64,000 nt of DNA. Origin: Minutocellus sp. GHC0000111. Lineage: Eukaryota. The stretch covers positions 1,178,001 to 1,242,000 of the forward strand of contig OZ361261.1 in assembly GCA_977018835.1 (NCBI GenBank), given 5' to 3'. Every line of letters starts with the position of its first letter. Positions within the stretch are counted from its first letter, which is position 1. A model generated the notes under the pieces. The model was not told where the DNA came from. It searched no databases and saw only the letters and a program-made list of their open reading frames with translations. The position numbers and the translations under genes were made by a program. This document shows positions 13,601-25,930 of the stretch, piece after piece.

Positions 13601-16600
13601 CCTCGGGGGCACTTAGGAGAAGCTTCACCCCCAGCAACGACGCCTTGGTAGTTTGGTGGGCGGCCTCTCTTTCCTACCCCTCTACCGGCGCCTCTCCCAC
13701 GCCCAACACTTTGGTGCAAAGATTGGGATGTGATTCGGAAGAAATGAAAAGTAGACAAAATAATTGTGAGTTGTTCTTCCACGATAATATCCAAAAAGAT
13801 ACAGAAATAGACTCAGCCAGAAAAATACTTACCCTGCTCTTCCCCGTCCACGGCCTCCACCTCTCCAGAACGGTTTGTATTCGTCTTCGCTGCTTTCTTC
13901 GTCCGATTCAGGACCCGAAGATGCCGAACTATGCGAGCTTGTATCCGATTCGTCCATAGAGGCTTGCGGTCTTGCTTTCCGGCGAGCCCCGCGACCACTT
14001 GTCACGTCCACCGCCCCGCCCCTCGCCCCGTGCACAGCCGCATCGGGGGGCGGAGTAGGAGATACCATCGTATTAGCCGATGGAAGGAATGTTCCGCTCT
14101 CATCCGTGGTCATCTCATATCGAAAGTCGCTCGATTCGCTGATGAAGCCCAGCTCTTTTAGACCACGAATACTCTGCATGCAGTGGCTTCTCATGTCAAC
14201 CACGCTGTGCTCACTGTTGACAGAATCGAGAAAATCGTCTTCCACTATGGTAAAATAGTCGTCGTAGAACAGTGGCCAAGTCCACCCATCGAGATTTGCC
14301 AGGTTCTCTCCGGCGTGCTCATGGGCGGTTATGCGTCGGACTCCATCGCAATCTCCACGATTGTTGGAAGCTTTGATCCCATCACCGCGAGCTGTATACA
14401 AGCCAAGTCCACGGAGCTCATACAACAAGTGTAAAAGCTGCGAGTGTACTTCGCCAAGCAATTTTGTGGGTACCGGGAGTGCCAAAGCACGCAAGAACGC
14501 TTGGGGGGTAAAGGGAGAAATCTTCAGCTGCGTGCTAAGAGTACGCAAAGTTGCATAGCTACTCAACGCTCGAAAGACCAAGTCGGGTGGAAACGATGAC
14601 GGCACCGTCGATGCTATCAAATGATCCGCCCCTGAAAGAGACTCGACGGGCGGTGGGGATGCAGCGAGGACCAAGGACGGATTGGCTTGCAGAACTTTCT
14701 GCACAAGTAGCCGGTGCTTCTGCTGCCGGGTCAGTACCAGTGGTGTTGAGGCTGTTGGCACCGGAACACTTGTCGAAGGTGCAGAAGTACTTATAGTATT
14801 GGAAGCTTGCGAGGGAAGGGATGACTTTTTCGGCGGTCTCCCTCGCTTCTTCTTTTGGCTTTTCATTGTCACCCCTCAAGCCCCACCCGCACTATTGGTA
14901 ATATTTGTACCGCGATCCACCTGTCCGGCTACAGCACCAGCGGGCATGTTCCGAGTAGAGAAAATAGCTTTCGCGACCTCCTCGCTAACACCACCGGGTT
15001 TACCGACCTTGAGCAATTTCTTAAGCTCCTGATCCGTTTGCGAGCTTTGCGTTCCTCCGTGCTGCGAGTTGGCTAATGCGATACCAGACATCATTGATTG
15101 CTGCCCAAGCATCGAGGCCCAGGATGTTGGCATGGTCGAAGTCGGTGCGCGGCATTCGAGTTTGGATGGGCGGCAGCGGCAGCTGCCATCATCGCTTGTA
15201 TTACAGACGCCGACACCGCCGAGGCTGATCCTACGCCTTGCTGCGGACCAGTTGCATTCGGCGCACTCATCAGATCCGTACTCTGATCCGGCATCGATGC
15301 TGGAAAGGCAACACCCGGCTTCATCATATCAGCCGCTGACGCTCCTACTTGTACGGCGGGCGGTGCAATTGCCCCAGTTAGATTCGTTCCATCAGTGCTG
15401 TTCATTTGGAAGCTGTTCATATTGCCTGAGTTCATTTGCTGATGCGGTTGAGGTTGCTGCTGAAGCGATTGGGTCTGTTGCTGGGCCAAACTATCAAGAG
15501 CAGCGCCCTGATTTGCCTTGAGAGATGCGAGCCAGCCCTCACGAAGATCGACCTGCTGCGTATTCGGCTTTGATACTTCCGCCGTGGGTGGGACAGGTGC
15601 TGGCTGTGGTACGGCCGGTGGTTGCGCCTGCACTTTTTGTTGTTGCTGCTGTTTTTGCTTGTGCTGTTGTGCCAATAACTGCTGCATTTGTGCATACCAG
15701 TCGGTCCCCCCTCCAGTCTGCGATAAGGGCACAAATACGTCAGCCCCCGCTCCACCAGATATCGAGGTTGGCGTTGTGGTATTTCCGATTCTCGAGGCTG
15801 TCAAAGAATGGCTTCTGCTGCTGTTGTTTATCCTTTTTTCGCTACGGCTGTTGCTGTTGCGGTGGCGGCGACCCCATGGTCATGCCAGTGCCCACAAACC
15901 CCAAGGTTTGGATCAAATTTTGATTTTCCTGCTGCTGCTGCTGCTGACCTCCGGTGAACATATTGTTGCCATTCAACAGACCGCCCATGGAACTATCTGT
16001 TGGCATGTTTGCGTTGGTTTTGTCAGTAGTGGCGACTGCTGTGCCCTGGTTTGTTGATGAGCCAGACTGCAGCAGCTGCTGCAGTTGTTGTTCCATCGGT
16101 AGCTGCTGCTGGTCCGACGGTGGCATCGCCGACGCACCAGAGGAAGAGGAGGTTGCGCCGGCGGTCTGTCCAGACTTGTTCATGTTCATGTCCAATGCAT
16201 TGTTCATACCCTGGTCTGCTGCTGCCGTTCCTTGTCCGAACGCATTCACCATGGACGCTCCGGCTGCATTCTGTCCTGTGCCCGAAGAGCTGCCCATGGC
16301 ATTACCACCACCTGCACCGCCAAACATTCCATTACCAACCATAGGTGGGAAGGCATTGCTGTTCGCTGGTGCAGCAGCAGAAGGAGGAAGAGCTGTGGAA
16401 TAATTGCCGGCACCTACAACACCGCCCCCAATCGCCGACGGCATCATGGCACTGCTGTTGGCGTTGGCATCAGTGCCCGCGTCACCGAGACTGCTCATAA
16501 CACCACCGCCACCACCAAAGACAGAGGTCATACTACTAAGGGCCGATATGTTGTTGCTTCCTCCAGCTCCTGTCGAACCGGCTGCTGCGCATTGCTGCTG

Positions 16601-16957
16601 CGGCTGCTGAAGTTGGGGCATATTGCCGCTACCACCCGCCCCGGCGAACGAGGCACCAAAGGCATTCCCACCAAATCCCATGTTGCCCATACCGGCCATA
16701 AAGGCCAGCTGCTGCTGTTGCAATTGCAGTTGCTGTTGCATTTGCTGCAGACTTGTTTGGTTTTGCGCAGTACCAGTATTGCCGCCACCGTCGTTCGTCG
16801 TCAAATTGTTGGTTTGATTTCTCGGCTGTTGCTGCATTGACATGGGCATCTGTCCAAAATTGATCCCAATATTACCAAACTGCTGCTGCTGCGGTTGCTG
16901 CTGCTGACCCTGGCCTTGGCCTTGGCCCTGGGACTGCTGCCAAAAGGGATTATTCAT
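7628..16957 (-). pseudogene. Large DDT/WHIM/PHD/PDZ/AT-hook/HMG-box chromatin protein with Q-rich termini; multiply disrupted
   Basis: DDT-like region (LRTLSTQLKISPFTPQAFLRAL…LDGWTWP), RGRP hooks, PDZ (~12740-13000), PHD (CAIC…LLCCDGCVLSYHKRC…WLCPEC), HMG box (PPKKNLPAYRHF…KLWKEI). Intron 13709-13832. Breaks near 15842, 15110, 14876 (in-frame TGA), 10120, 9900, 9560, 8710, 8180. Confidence 0.75.
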
Positions 16958-17975
16958 CTTGGACGATATTCAAAAATTGAATTGACATGCGGGTCAGTCC
17001 CAGTCGTAGTCGATCGCACAAACAAACAACAAAATCGTCACTTCCGCCCGCAAAGATACAGCCACGGATTCTCAATATTCAATAAAGAACCGAATGGAAT
17101 CTTCTCGCGCTTTCTTGCTCTCAATCTTTCAGGCTGTAACTGGCTACCAACGCAAGTTAAGTTGATCACAAGTAAGTTCTTTTCTGGGAGATCCCCCGAA
17201 TAAATAACCAAATATGTGCTATGATGAATCTCGACGGAATGAGCCGGCGCCGATGCTTCCAATCGAGAAATATCCTTTCCAATGGATGTGAAAGATCTCT
17301 CTGTGGCAATTTGGATCCTTTTGATGCCAATGATGGCTGCTGCCGGCGCAACGCAACGCGGGAATATGAGACACACAACAAAGAAATGTGGCCTTTCCCC
17401 TCCAGTCGAAATAATTATGTGCTCGATTTTCCCCGGAGCTCCGTTCGCTGCTGCGCAATTTTCGGCGTCGTATCAAGGATACTACTTTCTACTTCACTTG
17501 TCGGTGGGCCGATCCAATCTTTGGCTTGACTTGACTTTGCTGTGGCTTTGGTTCGCCGTTCAGTACCTTGCAACCTTGCCCTGTTCTCTCTTCGTCATCA
17601 ATAAGTTTGTTCTGCGGACATACACATGAGCAATTCGAAGTTTTGAGTGGAGAGTTTGAGGCACCGCGTCATCCACCAGGCCTTTCTGAAAAGATGACGC
17701 CATCTGTAGCCGTTGTGACCATTGCAGGACAGATAGATGGGAAGTTTTGGACCCTCTTACACCCGCGCATGCGCGCCACATGTCGCGGTTGAAATGAGAA
17801 TCTGCTGTTTGATCAACGAGCGCAAAGACATATTGTAGACATATTGTACAGAACCATTGCTAAAAAGTTTAAATAATATACGAACAGTTTTTGACATACA
17901 TATAAGCACTACATGCTTGACTTATATACACTCTAAATGACTTTATATATTGGGACCTCCAGCCTAGCTACGTTG

Positions 17976-20659
17976 CTACAGCTCACCCCAATGCCTCTGA
18001 TGTGACGCCAAAGTGTCGCCGAGGGAGCGGTGGCCGGTGCTGGCGCCCATGTTGATAACATCAGCCCAATTCTTTTCTCGGCAAGTTTGGTAGAGGGATA
18101 TATCCTCGGCGGTAATGAGACTGTCGAGAGTTCCAAAGCTGTCCTGTCGATCATAGTCGCGTCGGTGTTGCGAACGCAACAACCCGGCTTCGACAATTCC
18201 GGCAAACTCTTTGAGTTTCACTATCTCGGATTTTACGAATTCCATGTCAGCTGTTCAAATGAACGTAAAAAGCGGACGGGAAGAAAGAGATAAAGAGTTC
18301 AAGTTGAGAAGACTGATTTATATAAAAGAGTTTGGGAGATATTCCTCTACGCCGCACGCTCTCACCTTTTAGATAGTCCATGTCGTCAGGCAAATTCTTT
18401 TGGGCGGCACTTCTCCGATTGCGCCGAGCAAAACATGCCGCCATTTTTCTTCCACCATCCCTAAACTTCCACCAAAAGATGAAATAGATCAAACCAAGGC
18501 CCATGCCTATGACAAGGAAGGAGCCCAACACTACCCATCCGATGGCAGATTGTACAAAGAGGGTGCTCAGTCCAAAGAGTAGGAGTGGAACTAAAAGAAA
18601 GGCCACGACGACGAAAACGATAGGGAAAGTTCTCCACATGCGAGTGGCCTTACCCAGCTTCCGGGCCATTCCGAGAGGGATGCGGCGCATAAAGGGTATC
18701 GGGTAGTACATCAGGAAGCCTGTGACGTTGAAGAACAAATGCACCAGCGCAACTTGCAAAGCCTCTACCTTGGTACTGACCATCGCGGCCATTAGCGCGG
18801 TAAATGTGGTACCTATGTCCGCACCAATAGTCAAGGGGTACATTTGCTCGAGTTTCAAGACGCCAATGCCTGCCAGTGGGACAAGCGTGGAGGTCGTAAT
18901 GGACGAACTTTGGACGAGGACGGTAACACCCATACCAATCAAAATGGCGAGGCACTCATTGATGCTGGTGGCCTTGTAAATGATGCGGGTAGAAGCTCCG
19001 AGGAGCATCTTGCGGAGGAGCGCGACAAGCCCCATAAGACACAAAATTAAAATGAACAGGGCGAGAAAGAGCATAACGCCGCCCGACACCATGTCGTCGC
19101 TCTTGGTAGAACCATCTCGGAAGAAGGCGGGGCATTTGCCCGTCTTTTTGTCACAACCAATCAGGCCTTGGTCGCAGGTTTTGTAGGACACCACACCGCC
19201 AGCACAAGTTACCGGATAATATTCATCGCAGGATTCCACTTCGCCTCCAGCAATCTCTTCGATTACGTTCTTGTTGGCAATAATGATTTTTCTATCAGAG
19301 AGAGGGCCATAAAACAATAGATGTAGTGCAGTGGGGGTTAGGTTGACATAATGTTAGAATATGAATCAGGTTCCGTCACTTGGAAATAGTGCGATCAACA
19401 AGAGTAGTTTCAGCTCTGGTGCAGGGGGGGTTAGGTTTGATAAAATATCACGCTCCATCACTTGGAAATAATTCGCCCAAAAAAAGTAGTTTCAGCTTCC
19501 ACACTTACCGGCTTAGTGGAGACACAATCTTCTTCATCGGTCCCTCCCATTTCTCGCCGTCGCCGACTGATTCGGGTAGCATGGCCTTGGTGAGATAATA
19601 CAGGTGTCCCGTCGCAACCTCGAGAGGTAGCAACACCACAACCACGAGGATCTTGAAGACAAAGTTGATGACAGCGCCCGCAAAGGCCTTTTCCAATTCA
19701 TCTCCGTCGCCCAAATGACCAAGCGTAACGATGATGGCAGTAATGGCGGTTCCAACGTTGGCACCCATCACCATGTAGATGGCCTGTCGAATGTCCAACC
19801 CACCAGATACCAGTGATGCGATGATGGCCGTCGTAGTCGAACTGGGTTGAAGGATGGCCGTGGCGATGATACCGATCATGAGCGATGCGATGGGGTTGGT
19901 GTCCTCGCCTAGGATGGATCCGGCTGTACATCCGCCGACGACCTGGAAGGACACGCCCATGAGATCCAAACCAACGAGGAAGAAACACAGGCAGGTGAGG
20001 AGAGCGGCCACAGCGACCAGAATCTGACCCCATTCCTTGGGAGTGTGGCAGCAACACGAGTGCGCGACGTCGCCCCAGGTGGCGGCCTCGTCCGGATCCA
20101 CCTCCCCGTCCTTGTTGTCCTTGTTGTGCTCGTCAGTGTCTTCGTCGACGTATTCATCGTTTTCGTTGATGCCATCGTCGTTGTCGTCGCCACCTGGGAC
20201 CTCGATGTTGCGCGGGAGATTTCCAAAGGTCAGCGACGATCTGGCGTCTCCTCTGGTCGATCCGCGAAGAGCCCGGGTCGACGAATTGAGGAGGATGCCC
20301 CCACCGCTATCAGCGGAGGTTGTTCTGTTGTGGTGGTGATGATGATGAGAAGGGTGGGGCGGTTCTGGGGCGACATTGTTGCGCTTGATGGTAGTTCGGT
20401 TGTGCTTCTCCGCCTGCGATCGAGAAGGCTGAGTGTGCTTCTCTGGCTGAGGAAGTGAGCTAGAGGTGTGTGCCGTGGCTGTGTGCTGGGTATCCTCAAG
20501 GGATATGTCAACCTTGACGTGCTGATCGGCGTTGTTGTTACGTGAAGTGCCACCGCTACTTTCGAGAATGTCCGTGCCGTGGGCCGAAACGAATGGCGTC
20601 GCAGTGCCGCTCGGTGGCGGCGATATGTCCGAAGTAGATGCTTCGGCAGTATATGTCAT
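17976..20659 (-). CDS. SLC34/PNaS sodium-phosphate cotransporter; introns 19292-19508 and 18251-18365
   Basis: Repeat motifs LQPSSTTT…GANVGT and VQSSSITTS…GADIGTT; both GT-AG introns rejoin the frame. Confidence 0.9.
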
Positions 20660-21309
20660 GTTGGTTTGAGTTGAGAAATTATATTGTATCACTCTGTAGT
20701 TTTTATTGTGGTTCTGAGAATGAGGTGAGTGAACAACAAACGAGATTATGCGCGTCAAAGGGTTCGCCAAGGTGTCGAACTGCGAACCTTGAAGCTGACT
20801 CGACTCGCTGGACTGAACTGCAAGGCCCTCCACGAGCGAGACTCCCATCCCGCCCTCATCATGAGCTCCCTCATGGCTGGCTCTGCTGGCTTTGTATTAT
20901 TTCCTTTTTTATACCGGTAATTAATGATGCTTCAAGACACAGTCGAAACGCTTCGGGAAGAGATCACTCGCAATGGCAAAATCCAGAGAAAGGCCATCCT
21001 TGCAAACAGAAGGAGGAATGAATCATCACACACAGCACTGCATGCGCATGGATGGGCATATCTTTCTTGTTGTTTGTTGTATCATATTTATAATATCGAT
21101 CATTAGCCAATCGATATATGAGCCCATTCCTAACCATGTCCATAAATAAATATCAGTCGACTGAAAACCGTATCTTCCTTTCCTCCAGGTCCGTGAATAA
21201 GTTTCGAGGACCAAATCATTCCTAACCAATAAGTCATTTACCGACCGGTAGTCCAAACTCCAAACAAGCAATGCATGCATTTCATTTCATATCGTTTCAT
21301 TTCCTTCAT

Positions 21310-22717
21310 TTACTCCTTCTTCTCCTTGGCGGCGTTCATGGCGAGCGAGTACATGAGGGTACCGGCGATGGCGACCGAGGAACCGATGATGGAGCCGGTG
21401 GACATGGGGGTCTTGAAGGCGATGACGGACGCGACGATGATGACGACGCGCTTGATGGTGTTGCCGACGGCGTGGGTGACGGGGTTGACCTGTGTGTTTT
21501 GATGGCGCATCGTCGGTTGTGGAATTATGTGAGATATATATGTGCATGAGAGAATCACCTTTTCGGTGGTGACGAAAAGAAAAAAAATCGGCACACCCTG
21601 CATGCATTTGTGTCATGTGATATGAAAACACGCCATCAATACAAGAGACGCAAGCAAGGATACTATACGACTTCAATGACACGCATGCAGTACTCACACG
21701 TCCGAGGGCCTGGAAGGCGACCTCGTTGTAGGCGTAGTAGGTGGCACCACCGAGGGCGAGGAGGGTGGCAAGGCTCTTGTTGGTGAAGTCCCCGGCGGCG
21801 ACGACGTCCTTGAAGGCGCCGAAGAAGCCGGAACCCTCCATGGCGAGCATGAGGGGGATGAGGATGACGGTGGACATGGCGGTGAGGACGGAGTACAGGT
21901 TGGGAGCGTCCAAGTTCTCGCCGATCTGCTTGCCGGACATGGTCTTCTTGGACAGGACGCCGCGGGCGGAGGACGAGACGTTGGACAGCATGGCGGCCGC
22001 GAGGGCGAGCCAGGTGAAGCTGAGCTCCTTCATGGAGGCGATGCCGACTCCGCCGATGATGGGGAGGAGGGTCATGTAGACCTTGGTGGGGAGGACCTGG
22101 CCGAGGAGGAGGAAGTTGAGGAGGCAGGTGACGACGGGCTCGGAGGCCTTGACGATGTGCGCGAAGGAGACGGCGCCGGCGCCGAGGGCGATGACGGCGC
22201 CGACGTGGACGCCGGTGTGGCAAAGGGCGACGGGGAAGAGGGTCTTGAGGTCGGCCATGCTCAGCTTGGGGGCCTTGCGGATGCCGAGGGCCCAGAGGGC
22301 GCAGAAGTACGGGATGCCGACGGCCATCTGGATGGTGGCGACGGTCCAGGGATAGCTGAGGATGTTGAGGGCCTGCTTGTTGTAGATGTTGTAGCCGATG
22401 TTGAAGAGGTACCAGAGGGCGAAGTATCCGCCGGTCACGAGGGCGTCCTTCAGGCCGGCCTTGTCGTCCTCGGCGGCCTCGGCGGCGGCACCTCCCGTGG
22501 CCGAGAGGGCGACGGCGGTGGCCGATCGGCCGGTGACGGCCTCGAACGACTTGACGGCAGCGACGGCGGCGGAGGGCTTAGCAGCAGTGGCAGAGCCGGT
22601 ACCGACCGCCATGGTCTTGACGGGAGAGGCGGCGCCGTTGGGAACGAACGCGCTGGCCTCGACGGCCGAGGCGGCCAGGGCCATCACCACGAGAGACTTC
22701 TTCATTGCCGACACCAT
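21310..22717 (-). CDS. Plastid triose-phosphate/phosphate translocator; intron 21490-21697
   Basis: ASAFVP presequence; WYLFNIGYNIYNK, SFAHIVKASEP, VNPVTHAVGNTIKRV. Confidence 0.95.
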
Positions 22718-23217
22718 CTTTTTATACACAAGCAATAGCAAGACTTACGTGCAATACGCCGACAAAGGGTAAGCAGCAGCAGCGGATGATATCGATACAA
22801 CCGATACACGTCGGCAGAAAGAACAAGCCCCCAGCCGGCCATGTCATGAGTTTAGATGAGGGGTATGCAAAAACAATAAATCATATACGATCGTATTGGC
22901 TGTATTATATCTACCACACATTATGTGCTATTTTCCAATAAAAGTGATTTTATTTCATATATTATAAAAATACTGGAGACCTGAAATCTAGTTCATAACG
23001 CCAGATCCTGTGCAAAAACCTGAAGTGAGTACGTGGTCCCCCTACCTTCTTTTCTCAAAACTTTTCCCTTCCCTTCGTCTTTCTTTTCTTTTTAAGTTTA
23101 TCAATTATCGTCTGACTCCGGGTGGTTTTGTGAATCTCGTGAATCCTGCTCCCCCCAACTGCGCCTGGCAGACCTAGCTAGATCTATTCTAACTCCATAT
23201 TAGCTTACGATCGTATC

Positions 23218-25017
23218 TTATCCAATTTGAACATTTGACAAACCGGGGGATGGGGGGATGCTGGGAACTTCGTTGTACATTTGTTGCTTCTTGTGGAGGA
23301 TGAATTTTCCCACAAGAAACGAGCAAACAATGCCACCAACAAAGCATAGAATTCCAATCACCGCATTGTTACCTCCTTTCCCCCCATTGTTTTCATCGTC
23401 GAAATTACTACCGGTACTAGCTACTACGGCTTCCACAGCAGCCTTGGGACCACCACCAACACCGGGATAAACGGGAAGGTCGGTATCCACAAACGATTCC
23501 CCTCCCAAGAATCGAGTCACAAGATCCAACGCCGGCTTGGGGACATTGTATGGCACGAGGTGCCCTGAATTGTACACAGCCACAAACTGGAGGTTCTTGT
23601 AGCCCTTGCCATATCCAGCCACTTCGCCATCCACGACCCATAGACCTCTCTGGTTCACGTACGGGTTGAGCCAATTGGTCTGCCCACTCCAGGTCATGTC
23701 ATTGAGCAATTTCTCGCTGCCCTGGACGCAGCAACTCATGTCACGATCACCGTTGTAGAATAGTACGTCAATACCGGCATCGTCCAAAAGTTCCGAGATG
23801 TACGGCATGACCGATAGCGGCCGATCATCCTCCAACATGAGCATTCGATCAGTGGGATGGGGCATCATTTCAGCATCAACTTCGGTCGTTTCGCCGTTAT
23901 CATCCACACTCAGACGCCTCCTACCCGCCCCCGGAATGCACTGCTCCCAAAGCATTACGTTGGTAGGAGCATGAATGGCTTCACGAATCTCGGGATTATT
24001 GAAGAAATTGTCGATGGTACCATTCCTGCCCAGGAGAACTGGATACATGTCCCATGCACTGACGTCGTATGTGTTTGGTCCTCCGTGCCAGGCTCCCTTG
24101 AGCGCTCCAGCACCGGCGGCCGACAACACAGCCCCCATCGTCCCGCATTCGTCGGGCACATTGAACGCATGAAAGAGAGGTGCCTTGGGAACACCACCAT
24201 CTAAGCAGACTTGAAATTGTTCGTGAAGCGCCTGCTTTGATTGCTGATCGATCATTCCGTGCCAGTAGGCATAGTCGATGACGGTCTCGCCCTGAACTTT
24301 GGCATCGACCCATCCGTTGCCGACGCCGACGCCAGCCAAATTGATGTGCCTGGCGGGATCTTTGTTCTTCTTGTTCATCTGATGGACCTTGTGTGCCATC
24401 GATGGGGCGTAATATCCAGCATAACTCTCACCAATAATGTACAGACGTTTGTGTCGGTAGTCGGTGAAGATGTCCAGAAAGTTCTGAAAGAAGGAGTAAA
24501 AATCCGACGACAAATCATCCTCGTTCCGTGGTTCGATGCCAGTACTGAACCCTACGCCCGCCGGTTGTTCCAGGTACATGACTGCCGAGGCCTTGGTCCA
24601 GGCATACTCATTGGGGACCAGAGGAGCCAATTTGTTACTGCCCATAAATCCCGCTGGTCGAAGTGGCACGGCGATCGGTCCCATCTCAAAGAAGAGTCCG
24701 CCGGCAAACGACGAGCAGCCAGGTCCGCCGTTGAGCCACACGATGATGGTGTCATCGTGGACCTTTTCGGCGGCATCGAACATCATAAAGTAGAGCTCGC
24801 CGTCGTTGCCGTCCCTTTGGCGCATGGGGATGTGACCGGCGAATATGTCTCCGTCGAAGCTGTCGAAGGCGGGCTCATGCTTGGCGATTGTAGCCTTGTC
24901 CACCACAAATTCATCCTTGGAGCTCTTGCGAGGAGCGGCCAGGGCTGCATGGTGCGTTGTCGATAGCAATAGTAATTGTAGTACTGGCAGCAGGAGAGAC
25001 GATTGGAGGGGACGCAT
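23218..25017 (-). CDS. Serine carboxypeptidase (S10) with signal peptide and C-terminal TM
   Basis: WLNGGPGCSS, GESYAG, YNGDRD, NSGHLVP. Confidence 0.95.
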   Translation of the reverse strand: MRPLQSSLLLPVLQLLLLSTTHHAALAAPRKSSKDEFVVDKATIAKHEPAFDSFDGDIFAGHIPMRQRDGNDGELYFMMFDAAEKVHDDTIIVWLNGGPGCSSFAGGLFFEMGPIAVPLRPAGFMGSNKLAPLVPNEYAWTKASAVMYLEQPAGVGFSTGIEPRNEDDLSSDFYSFFQNFLDIFTDYRHKRLYIIGESYAGYYAPSMAHKVHQMNKKNKDPARHINLAGVGVGNGWVDAKVQGETVIDYAYWHGMIDQQSKQALHEQFQVCLDGGVPKAPLFHAFNVPDECGTMGAVLSAAGAGALKGAWHGGPNTYDVSAWDMYPVLLGRNGTIDNFFNNPEIREAIHAPTNVMLWEQCIPGAGRRRLSVDDNGETTEVDAEMMPHPTDRMLMLEDDRPLSVMPYISELLDDAGIDVLFYNGDRDMSCCVQGSEKLLNDMTWSGQTNWLNPYVNQRGLWVVDGEVAGYGKGYKNLQFVAVYNSGHLVPYNVPKPALDLVTRFLGGESFVDTDLPVYPGVGGGPKAAVEAVVASTGSNFDDENNGGKGGNNAVIGILCFVGGIVCSFLVGKFILHKKQQMYNEVPSIPPSPGLSNVQIG

Positions 25018-25930
25018 GTTAGATGGATTTGTCGGCTACAATTCGAAGGGCGAGCGTGCTAGCGTGACAAGCAAAGATCAGTATGTTGGGCGGCTCGCTC
25101 GTAGTTTCAAAACCAGCACGAATAATGTGAGCAGAGTCGAAATGCAGAGTAGACTACTAAACTAAGAGCACGGAGCTTTGGTTCCACCAGAGATAAGGTC
25201 GGCAGAGCACCACAGACTTGTTTTGCACCAATGGTAGTGGTGGTGCGGCCTCTCGTCCTCTCCGACGATACTACGTACCTAGGTACCTAGGCCTAGTAGT
25301 AAACTATTGCCCGTAGTAAAGACGATTGATCACTAGGCCACTATCCGTACAGCTATTATATATTTTGATAACACGCGCTTCGTCAGGAACGACCACACCA
25401 AGATGACAGCACCGCATCCCGTTCGCATCTTCGGGCTCAGTTAGTACTACGGTGGGGGACCACGTTGGAATCCTGAGTGTTGTTCTTTTGCTTTTATACC
25501 TCAAGGGGTCCGCGGAAGTTTATTTTGCCTTTTGCAATGTCCATCGGTGTTTTGACGGTTGCTATCAGGTCTGGTGGCGACCCATGTCTAATAACTGAAC
25601 AAGGCCGGCCGAGCAGATAGGGAGACCCTATCAAGACATCTCGCCTGATGCTGGAGAGCAAGGGGGCGTTGAGAGAGACTTGGCCGACAGCGTGCCGATG
25701 AAGGGTACCGTAGTGAAAACATCAGCTGATCACCAGAGTACTTTGGTTAACAATGGAAGACATTCAATGCTTTTCGAATGCATTAGAGCAGAGCAATACT
25801 ACTATACATGTAGTACCATATCGAGGTCTATGGAAGCACTGCAGCAAATGAATTGAGAAAGAAGGATATGCATCGCAAGGCATTCCTTACTTTAAAGCCC
25901 ACGTAGCTAGCTAGATCTATTGTCTCCTTT

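Noticed and set aside
14876..14878. Alternative genetic code or selenocysteine for in-frame TGA
   Set aside because: TGA terminates several intact genes here, and the interrupted positions are not Cys/Trp sites.
20729..21106. Plus-strand protein-like stretch interrupted by TAA
   Set aside because: No family recognised and no clear start or splice sites.
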